A DNA stretch of 19,618 nucleotides from positions 1 through 19,618 of IMG/VR virus record IMGVR_UViG_2684622669_000001; one strand, 5' to 3'. This stretch comes from a virus. Taxonomy: Duplodnaviria; Heunggongvirae; Uroviricota; Caudoviricetes. The position numbers and the translations under genes are program-made. Each line of letters opens with the position of its first letter. Position 1 is the stretch's first letter. Shown here piece by piece: positions 1 through 8,811 of the stretch. The notes below the pieces were generated by a model. It was given only the letters and a program-made list of their open reading frames with translations, had not been told where the DNA came from and searched no databases.

Positions 1-1
1 C

Positions 2-55
2 CAAACAGCACTGAGAACGCTTCAGGAATACATCGGGACGCAATGCCTTCGATGA
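2..55 (+). CDS. Possible 3' end of a spanin (Rz-like) gene, partial (start outside window)
   Basis: Frame-2 translation from the window edge reads QTALRTLQEYIGTQCLR* with a stop at 53-55. The Cys-containing C-terminus resembles the lambda Rz end (...QKYINEQCR) as I recall it. Only 17 codons are visible. Confidence 0.25.
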   Translation, partial: QTALRTLQEYIGTQCLR

Positions 56-228
56 TAGCGATAATTTTACTCATCATCCTTCACATCTGGCTCTGTAGAC
101 AGGATGGTGATCACTTCTGGAGTGAATCCAGATTAAACATCTCATTGCTGATGCTTGATATTGAGCATCTGGCGCGCGGTAAGGGGCTGCGTTGAGATAA
201 GAGCCAGTCATCACAAACACCAGGATTT

Positions 229-256
229 AGCCTCGCATTCGCGGGGCTTTTTTATA
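229..256 (+). terminator. Intrinsic terminator candidate
   Basis: agcctcgc(229-236) / attc loop / gcggggct(241-248) gives an 8-bp stem with one G-U pair, followed directly by tttttt (249-254). Confidence 0.5.
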
Positions 257-400
257 TCTGCAACAAACGCGCTTCACACGCGCGACTTATGAACACAGAA
301 CCTTTCAGGATGACCCTTGAGGATGCCTGTTTGGTGATCGGTGCCTTTCTGTGGGCCGGAATCCTGTGTGACAAGGTTCATCACTAAAAGGTGAGCACTG

Positions 401-943
401 ATGAATTATCCAACTATCGTTAACGGCATCGATTTCCGAGATCTGATTTTTGTGGCAAACAACGATCCGGTTACAGATTCTTTTATGGTGGCAAAAGCAT
501 TTGGAAAGCTGCCGAAGAACGTAGTTCGTGACATTGAACGAACCATAGAAGCTTGCCCTCCTGAGTTTGATACAAAGCTCAACTTTGAGCTTTGCTATAA
601 AAACAATGAGTTACAGAATGGTAAGCCGCAAAAATTCTACCGTCTCCGCAAGGATGGGTTGATGCTTTTGGTTATGTCCTACACCAAAAAAGAAGCAATG
701 CGTATCAAAATTGCTTACATCAACGCATTTAACTGGATGTACGCCATGCTTCAGGTTGGTCATCGTCAATTTGAAGAAGAGAGAAATGCCGTAATGCTGG
801 AGTACATGAAAGAGAAGGATGTTGCCAGCATGTCAGGTCGCCTGCTCAATCGCTGGGGAAAAATTAAGAAGCCTCAGCTACTGGCGAGAATTGAACGCCT
901 TGAACAGCACGGGCAAACCGTAATCCCCGGACTCACTAATTAA
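401..943 (+). CDS. Rha-family phage regulatory protein
   Basis: 180-aa ORF with SD aaaggtga 6 nt upstream of ATG. The N-terminal segment ...VTDSFMVAKAFGKLPKNVVRDIERTIE... and the later ...YRLRKDGLMLLVMSYTKKEAMRIKIAYINAFN... match the Rha (Phage_pRha) pattern as I recall it. Confidence 0.7.
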   Translation: MNYPTIVNGIDFRDLIFVANNDPVTDSFMVAKAFGKLPKNVVRDIERTIEACPPEFDTKLNFELCYKNNELQNGKPQKFYRLRKDGLMLLVMSYTKKEAMRIKIAYINAFNWMYAMLQVGHRQFEEERNAVMLEYMKEKDVASMSGRLLNRWGKIKKPQLLARIERLEQHGQTVIPGLTN

Positions 944-1101
944 CAGCAGTACCACGAAGCAACCCAAGCCAGTAAGTGGGGAAATAACACTGGCAGCCAC
1001 TGAAAGATGAACCTCCAGCCTTATGGCAAAAAAGATTCTTTGTGGTGGCGGACTGATGGAAAGACATCCTAATCAAGCAACCACTCTACAGGGTCATAAT
1101 T

Positions 1102-1473
1102 ATGAACGACCAGCAAATCGAAAAAGAAATCGTTGAGAAAGGCAAAACGGCACCGCGCGTTACGCCAGACCATATCGAAGGCATTATTGCTCAGGAGGCA
1201 TATTTCACAGCAGAAGATGGTGCCTTTGGCAAAGCCATAAAAGCGAAACATACTGGCGGAGAGGTAAACTACCAGCCGCACGAATCACTTTCTCTGCTGA
1301 CGTTCTGCGTCCTGGTGCTGCGCAACGGCTTCACCGTCACCGGAGAAAGCGCCTGTGCAAGTCCGGAAAATTTTGATGCAGAAATTGGTCGGAAGATTGC
1401 CAGACAGAATGCTGTAAACAAAATCTGGATGCTCGAAGGTTACTTGCTGAAGCAGAAGCTAAGCGAACAGTAG
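1102..1473 (+). CDS. Phage protein, N4 Gp49 / Sf6 Gp66-like family (tentative)
   Basis: 123-aa ORF directly upstream of the terminase module. The motif ...LSLLTFCVLVLRNGFTVTGESACASPENFDAEIGRKIARQNA... matches my recollection of this family. The family call is from memory. Confidence 0.5.
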   Translation: MNDQQIEKEIVEKGKTAPRVTPDHIEGIIAQEAYFTAEDGAFGKAIKAKHTGGEVNYQPHESLSLLTFCVLVLRNGFTVTGESACASPENFDAEIGRKIARQNAVNKIWMLEGYLLKQKLSEQ

Positions 1474-1576
1474 TTATTACAAAAGCCATTCCCTACAGAG
1501 TGGCTTTGATAATGGCTTATACCCTACACGGGATAACTTAACTGATATCCCTTTTAACGGATAAACGGAGCCAACA

Positions 1577-1819
1577 ATGGCGGAGATTATTCCCATGACT
1601 GAAGAACAGAAATTCCAGTTAGAGATTTACAAACTGGTCATGAACCAGAACGCAGCCGCGGAGGAAGCATTTCAATTCATTGGCACTGACGTACTGAAGC
1701 TTGAGCTATTCAAAATTCACTTCCAGTCAGGCGGCGCTAATTCAGATATCACGACCCGCACTATCGAAGCGGTGCGTAAATCGAAGGAAGCGTTAGACCT
1801 GTTCACTACCGGAGCATAA
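1577..1819 (+). CDS. Hypothetical small phage protein
   Basis: 80-aa ORF, SD acggag 6 nt upstream of ATG. Its stop lies 2 nt before the terS start, suggesting it is co-transcribed with the terminase genes. Confidence 0.55.
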   Translation: MAEIIPMTEEQKFQLEIYKLVMNQNAAAEEAFQFIGTDVLKLELFKIHFQSGGANSDITTRTIEAVRKSKEALDLFTTGA

Positions 1820-1821
1820 AC

Positions 1822-2262
1822 ATGGCGCGCCCAACAAAGTATCAAGAGGCGTATGCCGAACAGGCACGCAAACTGTGCTTGCTGGGCTACACCGATGCAG
1901 AGCTTGCTGATTTCTTCGAAGTTAGTGAGTCAACTATTAACAAGTGGAAGCTTGATTATCCTGAGTTTTCGGAGTCCATAAAAAAGGGTAAGGCCGTCGC
2001 TGATGCAGAAGTTAGTGACCGTCTTTATCAACGCGCTATGGGCTTCGTGGCTCCAGACATCGATATTCGTGTTATTGAAAACAGAATTGTCGAAACTCCG
2101 CTTGAGAAGTATTACCCGCCTGATACAACCGCCGCCATCTTCTGGCTTAAGAACCGACAGAAGGATAAATGGCGCGACAAGGTTGATCACGAGCTAACAG
2201 GCAAAGACGGCGGCGCAATCCAGATTGAAACATCACCGATGAGCACTCTATTCGGAAAATGA
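1822..2262 (+). CDS. Terminase small subunit (Sf6 gp1-like)
   Basis: 146 aa. The N-terminal HTH-like segment and the C-terminal ...GKDGGAIQIETSPMSTLFGK match the Sf6-type small terminase as I recall it. The stop overlaps the terL start (ATGA). Confidence 0.85.
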   Translation: MARPTKYQEAYAEQARKLCLLGYTDAELADFFEVSESTINKWKLDYPEFSESIKKGKAVADAEVSDRLYQRAMGFVAPDIDIRVIENRIVETPLEKYYPPDTTAAIFWLKNRQKDKWRDKVDHELTGKDGGAIQIETSPMSTLFGK

Positions 2263-3674
2263 CCTCGATTAATCCTATCTTTGAACCGTTCATTGAGGCG
2301 CATCGCTACAAAGTCGCCAAAGGCGGTCGAGGTAGCGGTAAGTCATGGGCAATTGCGAGACTGCTTGTTGAAGCGGCGCGTCGTCAGCCAGTGCGTATTC
2401 TCTGCGCTCGTGAACTGCAAAACAGTATCAGCGATTCGGTAATCCGGTTGCTTGAAGACACCATCGAGCGTGAAGGGTATACGGCTGAGTTTGAAATTCA
2501 GCGCTCCATGATTCGTCATCTCGGAACGAATGCTGAGTTCATGTTCTACGGCATCAAAAACAACCCGACGAAGATTAAATCGCTCGAAGGCATTGATATC
2601 TGCTGGGTGGAGGAAGCGGAAGCGGTAACGAAGGAATCATGGGATATCCTGATACCAACCATCCGCAAGCCATTTTCCGAAATATGGGTGAGCTTCAACC
2701 CGAAAAACATCCTCGACGATACCTATCAGCGATTCGTTGTAAATCCTCCCGATGATATTTGCCTGCTGACGGTGAACTACACCGACAACCCGCATTTTCC
2801 TGAAGTTCTCCGTCTGGAGATGGAAGAGTGTAAACGCAGAAATCCGACACTGTATCGTCACATCTGGCTTGGTGAGCCGGTAAGCGCAAGTGATATGGCA
2901 ATCATCAAACGAGAATGGCTTGAAGCTGCAACCGATGCGCACAAGAAACTCGGATGGAAAGCGAAAGGCGCTGTTGTCTCTGCGCATGACCCATCAGATA
3001 CAGGGCCAGATGCTAAAGGTTATGCATCGCGTCACGGTTCGGTAGTTAAGCGCATTGCCGAAGGTCTGCTGATGGACATCAACGAGGGTGCTGACTGGGC
3101 TACTTCGCTGGCAATTGAAGACGGCGCTGACCATTACCTGTGGGATGGTGATGGCGTCGGTGCGGGCCTACGCAGACAGACAACGGAAGCGTTCTCCGGC
3201 AAGAAAATCACCGCCACGATGTTCAAGGGCAGCGAATCGCCATTCGATGAAGATGCGCCTTATCAGGCCGGAGCATGGGCTGATGAAGTCGTGCAGGGAG
3301 ACAACGTCCGCACTATTGGCGATGTTTTCCGCAATAAGCGAGCGCAATTCTATTACGCGCTGGCTGACAGGCTGTATCTGACATATCGGGCGGTTGTTCA
3401 CGGTGAGTATGCAGACCCAGACGACATGCTGAGTTTCGACAAAGAAGCGATAGGCGAGAAGATGCTGGAGAAGCTGTTTGCAGAACTTACGCAGATTCAG
3501 CGCAAATTCAATAACAACGGGAAGCTGGAGCTTATGACTAAGGTCGAAATGAAGCAGAAGCTCGGTATTCCATCTCCTAACCTGGCTGATGCGCTGATGA
3601 TGTGTATGCATTGCCCGGAGTCGGCTGCGCAACCCGACTATTCCAGTTACTCAATTCCTTGTGGTGTAGGTTGA
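2259..3674 (+). CDS. Terminase large subunit (ATPase/nuclease)
   Basis: 471 aa. Walker-A-like VAKGGRGSGKSW near the N-terminus, acidic motif ICWVEEAEAV. Size and position match P22/Sf6-type TerL. Confidence 0.95.
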   Translation: MTSINPIFEPFIEAHRYKVAKGGRGSGKSWAIARLLVEAARRQPVRILCARELQNSISDSVIRLLEDTIEREGYTAEFEIQRSMIRHLGTNAEFMFYGIKNNPTKIKSLEGIDICWVEEAEAVTKESWDILIPTIRKPFSEIWVSFNPKNILDDTYQRFVVNPPDDICLLTVNYTDNPHFPEVLRLEMEECKRRNPTLYRHIWLGEPVSASDMAIIKREWLEAATDAHKKLGWKAKGAVVSAHDPSDTGPDAKGYASRHGSVVKRIAEGLLMDINEGADWATSLAIEDGADHYLWDGDGVGAGLRRQTTEAFSGKKITATMFKGSESPFDEDAPYQAGAWADEVVQGDNVRTIGDVFRNKRAQFYYALADRLYLTYRAVVHGEYADPDDMLSFDKEAIGEKMLEKLFAELTQIQRKFNNNGKLELMTKVEMKQKLGIPSPNLADALMMCMHCPESAAQPDYSSYSIPCGVG

Positions 3675-3675
3675 T

Positions 3676-5874
3676 ATGGCAGAAAAAAAGATGACTGACT
3701 GGCATCGCAAGGTGCTGTGCAACTTTGATAATGCCTGGTCAGCAACGCAGGATATGCGTGAGCAGATTATTGAGGCTCAACGTTTCGTCCGGGTATCCGG
3801 CGCACAGTGGGAAGGCAGCACAAACGCTGGTTACTCATTTGATGAAGGCAGGTTTGAGCATTACCCGCGCTTTGAACTGAATAAGATTGCCCGTGAATGT
3901 GATCGCATCATTGGCGAGTATCGACAGAATCGCATCAGCGTTAAATTCAGGCCGAAGGATGACAAGGCATCGGAAGCGTTAGCCGAAAAGATGAACGGCA
4001 AATTCCGCGCTGACTATCAGGAAACATCAGGTGGCGAAGCGTGTGATAACGCATTTGATGATGCTGTAACGGGCGGATTCGGTTGTTTCCGCATGTGTGC
4101 CGATTACGAAGATGAAATGGACCCAAGTAACGAGCAGCGACGCATCAGCATTCTTCCTGTTTACGACCCGGCGACATGCGTCTTCTTCGATCAGGACAGC
4201 AAACAATATGACCGCTCTGATGCTATGTGGGCTATGGAAATGTTCTCCATGACGCCTAAAGCGTTCGAGGCTGAATACCCTGATTCCATTGCGGCAAGCC
4301 TTTCTCGGGATGACACTGGTACTCAGTATGACTGGTCAACGCCTGACGCCATCTATGTTGGACGTTACTACGAAGTTCGCATAGAGAAGGTGAAGCTCAC
4401 GGCGTGGCGCAACCCTGTTAGCGGAGAAACGGCAATCTATGATGAAGAGCAAATCAAAGATATTGTCGACGAGCTGACCGATGGTGCATTCGAACTGATT
4501 GGCGAGAGAACGGTGAAGAAACGCCGAGTTTATTGCGGTCTTCTTTCTGGCGCTGAATGGCTGGAAGAACCGAAGCGTATTCCTGGCGAACATATTCCTC
4601 TCATCCCGGTATATGGGCGTCGCTCATTTGTTGATAATCAGGAGCGAATCGAAGGCCACGCAGCAAAAGCGATGGATGCACAGCGTCTTGAGAACCTGAT
4701 GGTTTCCATGATTGCAGATAACGCTACTCAGGCTGGCGGTGATGGCATTCCTATCGTGGATGTTGATTTCATTCCCGGCCCATTAATGAATCACTGGGCA
4801 GAGAGGAATAAGAAAAGACCTGCAGTTCTTCCTATGACCAGCAAGAAGGACAAAAACGGAACAGTCATTTCAGAAGCTCAGGTTGCTGGCTGGACACCTC
4901 CGACACAAATGCCGCCAGCTCTTGCCGGGCTATTGCAGTACACCGGAACGGCTATTCAGCAAATTACAGGTGCGTCGCAGCTTGAGAACATGCCGAGCAA
5001 CGTCGCTACTGATACCGTTGATAGCATTTTTAACCGGATGGACACGCAGTCCTATATCTACATGGACAACATGGCTAAATCTATGCGTCGCGCTGGCGTT
5101 GTGTGGCTTTCTATGGCGCGTGAAGTCTATGGCAGCGATACGCCGATGCGTATCGTTAATGAGGACGGCAGCGATGACGTGGCGCTGATGACTGGTGAAG
5201 TGGTTGACCGTCAGACAGGGCAGGTTATCGCGCTTAACGACCTTTCGCAGGGTAACTATGAAGTGACTGTCGATGTCGGTCAGTCGTTCGCTACTCGCCG
5301 TGATGCAACGGTTAAGTCGTTACTTTCCATGCTGGCACTTATCCCACCAGGAACGCCGAAGCACGACCTTGTATCGTCGATGATTCTCGACAATATGGAC
5401 GGCGAAGGGATGGACGACCTGAAAGAATACAACCGCAATCAGTTGCTTCTGTCTGGAGTTATCAAGCCGAGAACACCAGAAGAACAGCAGATGGTTGAGC
5501 AGGCGAAACAACAACAGGCCAGTCAGCCAGATCCGGCTATGGTTGCAGCGCAAGGTCAGCTTCTTGCAGGTCAGGCTGAATTGCAGAAAGCGCAGAACGA
5601 GCAGGCAGCCATTCAGGTTAAAGCATTCCAGGCACAGACTGATGCTCAGGTTGCAGCGGCAAACGTTGTGAAAATCCTCGCATCTGCCGATAGCCAGCAG
5701 AAATCTGATATCCGCGAGGCTCTGAAACTGCTCGGACAGTTCCAGCAACAGCAAGGAGACAATGCCCGTGCTGATGCAGAGCTTGTCCTGAAAAGTCAGG
5801 CACAGGGTCATGCGCAGCGCATGGACATCAGCAGCATCCTGCAAAAATCAACTCAGCAACAACCACAGCAGTAA
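3676..5874 (+). CDS. Portal protein (P22 gp1-like) with C-terminal Gln/Ala-rich helical extension
   Basis: 732 aa (P22 portal is about 725 aa). Starts 1 nt after the terL stop. The last ~130 residues are Q/A-rich, as in the P22 portal barrel. Confidence 0.9.
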   Translation: MAEKKMTDWHRKVLCNFDNAWSATQDMREQIIEAQRFVRVSGAQWEGSTNAGYSFDEGRFEHYPRFELNKIARECDRIIGEYRQNRISVKFRPKDDKASEALAEKMNGKFRADYQETSGGEACDNAFDDAVTGGFGCFRMCADYEDEMDPSNEQRRISILPVYDPATCVFFDQDSKQYDRSDAMWAMEMFSMTPKAFEAEYPDSIAASLSRDDTGTQYDWSTPDAIYVGRYYEVRIEKVKLTAWRNPVSGETAIYDEEQIKDIVDELTDGAFELIGERTVKKRRVYCGLLSGAEWLEEPKRIPGEHIPLIPVYGRRSFVDNQERIEGHAAKAMDAQRLENLMVSMIADNATQAGGDGIPIVDVDFIPGPLMNHWAERNKKRPAVLPMTSKKDKNGTVISEAQVAGWTPPTQMPPALAGLLQYTGTAIQQITGASQLENMPSNVATDTVDSIFNRMDTQSYIYMDNMAKSMRRAGVVWLSMAREVYGSDTPMRIVNEDGSDDVALMTGEVVDRQTGQVIALNDLSQGNYEVTVDVGQSFATRRDATVKSLLSMLALIPPGTPKHDLVSSMILDNMDGEGMDDLKEYNRNQLLLSGVIKPRTPEEQQMVEQAKQQQASQPDPAMVAAQGQLLAGQAELQKAQNEQAAIQVKAFQAQTDAQVAAANVVKILASADSQQKSDIREALKLLGQFQQQQGDNARADAELVLKSQAQGHAQRMDISSILQKSTQQQPQQ

Positions 5875-5964
5875 TTAACCCATAACGTGCAATGGCTGTC
5901 TTTATGAGGCCAGGCACCCTATTGCCTTCCGATGGGCTGAACATCGAGTAAACAGGGGTAACAA

Positions 5965-6858
5965 ATGGACCAGATGGCAGAAAACACACCAGAAGTTGAA
6001 ATCGAAACCGACGCGTCAGAGCAGATTCCTGATGATGTCGAACTGGCTGAAGAAGTCGAAACAGAAGATGGCAGTGAGTCCTCCGGCAATGATGCAGAGG
6101 AAGCTACTGAAACTGATGACGACGAATCAGAACAGGAATTCTACTTTGGTGACGAAAAGCTGGATTCGCCAACCAGCGAAGATAGCGCAGAGCATGGACT
6201 GGTAAAACACCTGCGCAAGACGATTAAAGAGAAAGACCGCGAGCTGAAAGAGCTGATGCGTCAGTCTCAGAAACCCGTCGAGCAGCAGCCGGTAATCACT
6301 CAACCACCGAGAATGCCAAAACTGGACGATGAGGACATCGGTTTCGATGAAGAAATCTACCAGCAACGCATGGCTAAGTGGGCAGAGGATAACGGCAAGT
6401 ACCAGCAACAGGAGATGGCTCGCAAGCAGAAGGAGCAGGAGCTTCAGGCTGCCTATCAAGAGCGATTATCCAAATATCAGCAACGTGTTAAGGCCCTCAA
6501 AGTTCCTGGCTATCAGGAAGCTGAGCAGGCCGTACTCGAGGAAATCCCCATCGAGACACAAAACGCGATCCTGTTTGAGTCAGAGAAGCCGGAAATCGTT
6601 GTTCTGGCGCTCGGTCGCAACGCTGAACTGCGCAAGCAACTGGCAGAAGCTACCAACCCCGTAGCAATTGGTCGTCTGCTGGAACGTATCGAATCGAAGG
6701 CCAGAATCATGCCAAAAGCAAAAACCACGGCAGCCACAACCCCGACAGTTAAGGGGAGCAACGGCGCAGTAATCAATAACCTCGACAAACTGAAAGCCAA
6801 GGCGCTGGAAACTGGTGACTGGACGCCGTATTTCGCCGCTAAAAAGGCAAAAAAATAA
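5965..6858 (+). CDS. Scaffolding protein
   Basis: 297 aa (P22 gp8 is about 303 aa). Sits between portal and coat. Highly acidic N-terminus and Q/K/E-rich helical remainder. SD cagggg. Confidence 0.75.
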   Translation: MDQMAENTPEVEIETDASEQIPDDVELAEEVETEDGSESSGNDAEEATETDDDESEQEFYFGDEKLDSPTSEDSAEHGLVKHLRKTIKEKDRELKELMRQSQKPVEQQPVITQPPRMPKLDDEDIGFDEEIYQQRMAKWAEDNGKYQQQEMARKQKEQELQAAYQERLSKYQQRVKALKVPGYQEAEQAVLEEIPIETQNAILFESEKPEIVVLALGRNAELRKQLAEATNPVAIGRLLERIESKARIMPKAKTTAATTPTVKGSNGAVINNLDKLKAKALETGDWTPYFAAKKAKK

Positions 6859-6876
6859 CCTATCGGAGCATTAAGC

Positions 6877-8130
6877 ATGGCTAACCAATTAGCAAAAGAC
6901 CTTGAAATCATGTTCGAAAACTACGTTGAAGGCTTTGAGGCCGCCTGCGTAGTTTCCCGTAACGCTAAAAAATTCCGTCCCGGTGATACAGCAATGCAGC
7001 GAGCAGGTGATGTTCTGTATCGTCAGCAGCATTACCACATGAATATTGAGGAAGGCCTCGACCTCAGCAGCAAAACGCCAACAGCACTGGTTCAGCGCCT
7101 TGTTCCTTCTGTGTTCAAGGAGCCGAAAAACATTCTGTACACTCTGGATGCGCGTGAAATGCGTGACCCGGAACATAAAACTGAAGCTGGTCGCGCCGCA
7201 GGTATGCGCCTTGCTGCACAGATTGACTCTGACCTGATTTCCATGGTCACGCAGCGTGCTACTAACGTGATCACAATGTCTGACTCAACCACAGGTACAC
7301 AGGGCCGTGATTTGTGGAACTGTGCGGCAGGTATTGATGCCACCATGACGGCGATTGGTGTACCTCAGGGTATCAACCGTCGCTCTTTCTGGAACCCCTT
7401 CAACTACAAAGACCTTGCTGGCGAGCTTGGTCACCGTGCCTACGCTCAGGGCGCAACCCTGACAGCATACGAAAAAGCGCAGATCCCTCCGGTTGCTTCC
7501 TTTGATAGCTACAAGACCGATATTTCTGGTCGATTACCGAAAGGAAGCGCTGAATCCTTGACAGTATCAGGCCAACCTGAACACAAGGTTGAAGCGAAAG
7601 ATTTAAATGGTATGCCAGTTGATAACCGACAGGGGACTATTACGGTATCTGCATCTGGCTTGCAGGTTGGTGATGCGTTCACCATTGCCGGTGTGAATTC
7701 CGTACACCAGATCACAAAAGATACCACCGGGCAACCGCAGGTATTCCGTGTTCTGGCTGTTAGCGGAACTACCGTAACAATCTCTCCAAAGATTCTCCCT
7801 GTTGAAAATGCCGATGTTGCGAGTCGTCCATATGCAAACGTCGATGCCAAACCGGCAGCATCAGCAGCAATCACCATTCTCAACAAGAACGCAGCACCTG
7901 CTAACCTGTTCTGGGCTGATGGTTCTGTTGAGCTGATGTACGGCAAACTGGCGTTCCCGACTGGTCAGGGTCCACAGGTAATGACAGCAACCACCGAGCA
8001 GGGCGCTACGCTGATCATGTCTTACGCCTTCGACCACATCAAAGGTGTAACCACTGCGCGTTTCACCACCCTGTACGGTTGCTCTGTACTTGTTCCTGAA
8101 TATACGGGCATCGTTATTGCCGGGCAGTAA
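6877..8130 (+). CDS. Major capsid (coat) protein, P22 gp5-like
   Basis: 417 aa. Segments NAKKFRPGDTAMQRAGDVLY and ILNKNAAPANLFWADGSVELMYGKLAFP parallel P22 coat (KAKKYTPPAASMQRSS..., [26 protein letters not shown]) from memory. SD ggag. Confidence 0.9.
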   Translation: MANQLAKDLEIMFENYVEGFEAACVVSRNAKKFRPGDTAMQRAGDVLYRQQHYHMNIEEGLDLSSKTPTALVQRLVPSVFKEPKNILYTLDAREMRDPEHKTEAGRAAGMRLAAQIDSDLISMVTQRATNVITMSDSTTGTQGRDLWNCAAGIDATMTAIGVPQGINRRSFWNPFNYKDLAGELGHRAYAQGATLTAYEKAQIPPVASFDSYKTDISGRLPKGSAESLTVSGQPEHKVEAKDLNGMPVDNRQGTITVSASGLQVGDAFTIAGVNSVHQITKDTTGQPQVFRVLAVSGTTVTISPKILPVENADVASRPYANVDAKPAASAAITILNKNAAPANLFWADGSVELMYGKLAFPTGQGPQVMTATTEQGATLIMSYAFDHIKGVTTARFTTLYGCSVLVPEYTGIVIAGQ

Positions 8131-8136
8131 TTTTGG

Positions 8137-8157
8137 TGGGGCTTCGGCCCCATTTTT
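8137..8157 (+). terminator. Intrinsic terminator/attenuator after the coat gene
   Basis: tggggc (8137-8142) / ttcg loop / gcccca (8147-8152), followed by ttttt (8153-8157). Begins 7 nt after the coat stop codon. Confidence 0.6.
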
Positions 8158-8171
8158 ATTGGGAGAAGATA

Positions 8172-8360
8172 ATGGCACGAACAATGCTCTATAAGCCGGG
8201 CAACATGATCACCTGTGGTCAGTTTGCTGTCGATTACATCATTGTTGATGACGAAGAAGTTAAATCTCACCTGAAAAAAGGTTGGGTAAAAACTCCTGAA
8301 GAAACCGCAACGAAGCAAAAAGTGGCTAAGGCGGAAGAAGATGGCGAAAACGAAGGGTGA
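8172..8360 (+). CDS. Hypothetical small protein between coat and gp4-like genes
   Basis: The track ORF 8133-8360 is trimmed to the ATG at 8172, which has SD gggagaag upstream and lies after the terminator hairpin. 62 aa; its end overlaps the next gene. Confidence 0.5.
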   Translation: MARTMLYKPGNMITCGQFAVDYIIVDDEEVKSHLKKGWVKTPEETATKQKVAKAEEDGENEG

Positions 8361-8802
8361 TCTCGTTCTAAAGGCTTTACGAAAAGCCGGGCTGTATTCC
8401 AATGCCACGTTGACAGATGCCGACCCTCAGGCAATTGAAGATGCCATTAATGACCTCGAAGACATGATGGCAGCATGGCAGGCGAAAGGTATCGAGCTTG
8501 GATATCAGTTTGCTAATACAGAAAACGGCATCATGCCGTTACCTGACGATGATTCAGGTATCCCTGCATGGGCAAATGATGGCGTCGCTTTGAAACTCGC
8601 TGTGCAAGTGTGCATGGATAACGTCATTCAGCCGTCAGACGCTCTCCTTACCGCTGCTGACAGTGCATATCAAACAATCTGTATCGCTTTAACCAAAATA
8701 CCACCACTTGAGCGGCGAAATGACATGCCTCGCGGTAGTGGTAACAAAAGCGCGTTTACGTGGAATCGGTTTTACATCGAGAAAGATGATCCGAGTACGT
8801 GA
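8341..8802 (+). CDS. Head-completion / tail accessory protein (P22 gp4-like)
   Basis: 153 aa. KTKGDLVLKALRK, ATLTDADPQ, DLEDMMAAW and MPRGSGN parallel P22 gp4 motifs from memory. Synteny supports the call. Confidence 0.85.
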   Translation: MAKTKGDLVLKALRKAGLYSNATLTDADPQAIEDAINDLEDMMAAWQAKGIELGYQFANTENGIMPLPDDDSGIPAWANDGVALKLAVQVCMDNVIQPSDALLTAADSAYQTICIALTKIPPLERRNDMPRGSGNKSAFTWNRFYIEKDDPST

Positions 8803-8811
8803 GGTGAATAA

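Noticed and set aside
43-195. Frame-1 ORF at the left edge as an o-spanin (Rz1)
   Set aside because: Hydrophobic N-terminus and a Cys are present, but the lipobox is non-canonical (IWLC) and the product is not proline-rich; kept only as an open question in the findings.
1008-1073. 21-codon ORF (MNLQPYGKKDSLWWRTDGKTS) in the Rha/gp66 spacer
   Set aside because: Very short, weak SD and no recognisable features; not enough evidence to call.
1479-1530. Hairpin aaagcca...tggcttt after the gp66-like gene as a terminator
   Set aside because: The stem is 7 bp but the loop is about 12 nt and no U-tract follows on either strand; at most an RNA-stability element.
2637-3632. Minus-strand ORFs of 68-154 aa inside the terminase large-subunit gene (2637-2987, 2695-2901, 3168-3632), plus the + ORF 3088-3381
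   Set aside because: They lie entirely within a strongly supported + strand gene, have no SD, and their translations are low-complexity and Arg/Cys-rich, typical of antisense or off-frame readings.
4336-5844. Antisense and off-frame ORFs inside the portal gene (4336-4593 -, 4883-5188 +, 5320-5844 -, 5618-5803 -)
   Set aside because: Embedded in the portal coding sequence, with no independent start signals. The long minus ORF mirrors the Gln-codon-rich region (CAG/CTG) and is a frame artefact.
5996-8408. Overlapping ORFs inside the scaffold and coat genes (for example 6127-6459 -, 6513-6911 -, 7509-7946 -, 8022-8408 -)
   Set aside because: All overlap genes with clear P22-like products. None has a credible ribosome-binding site.
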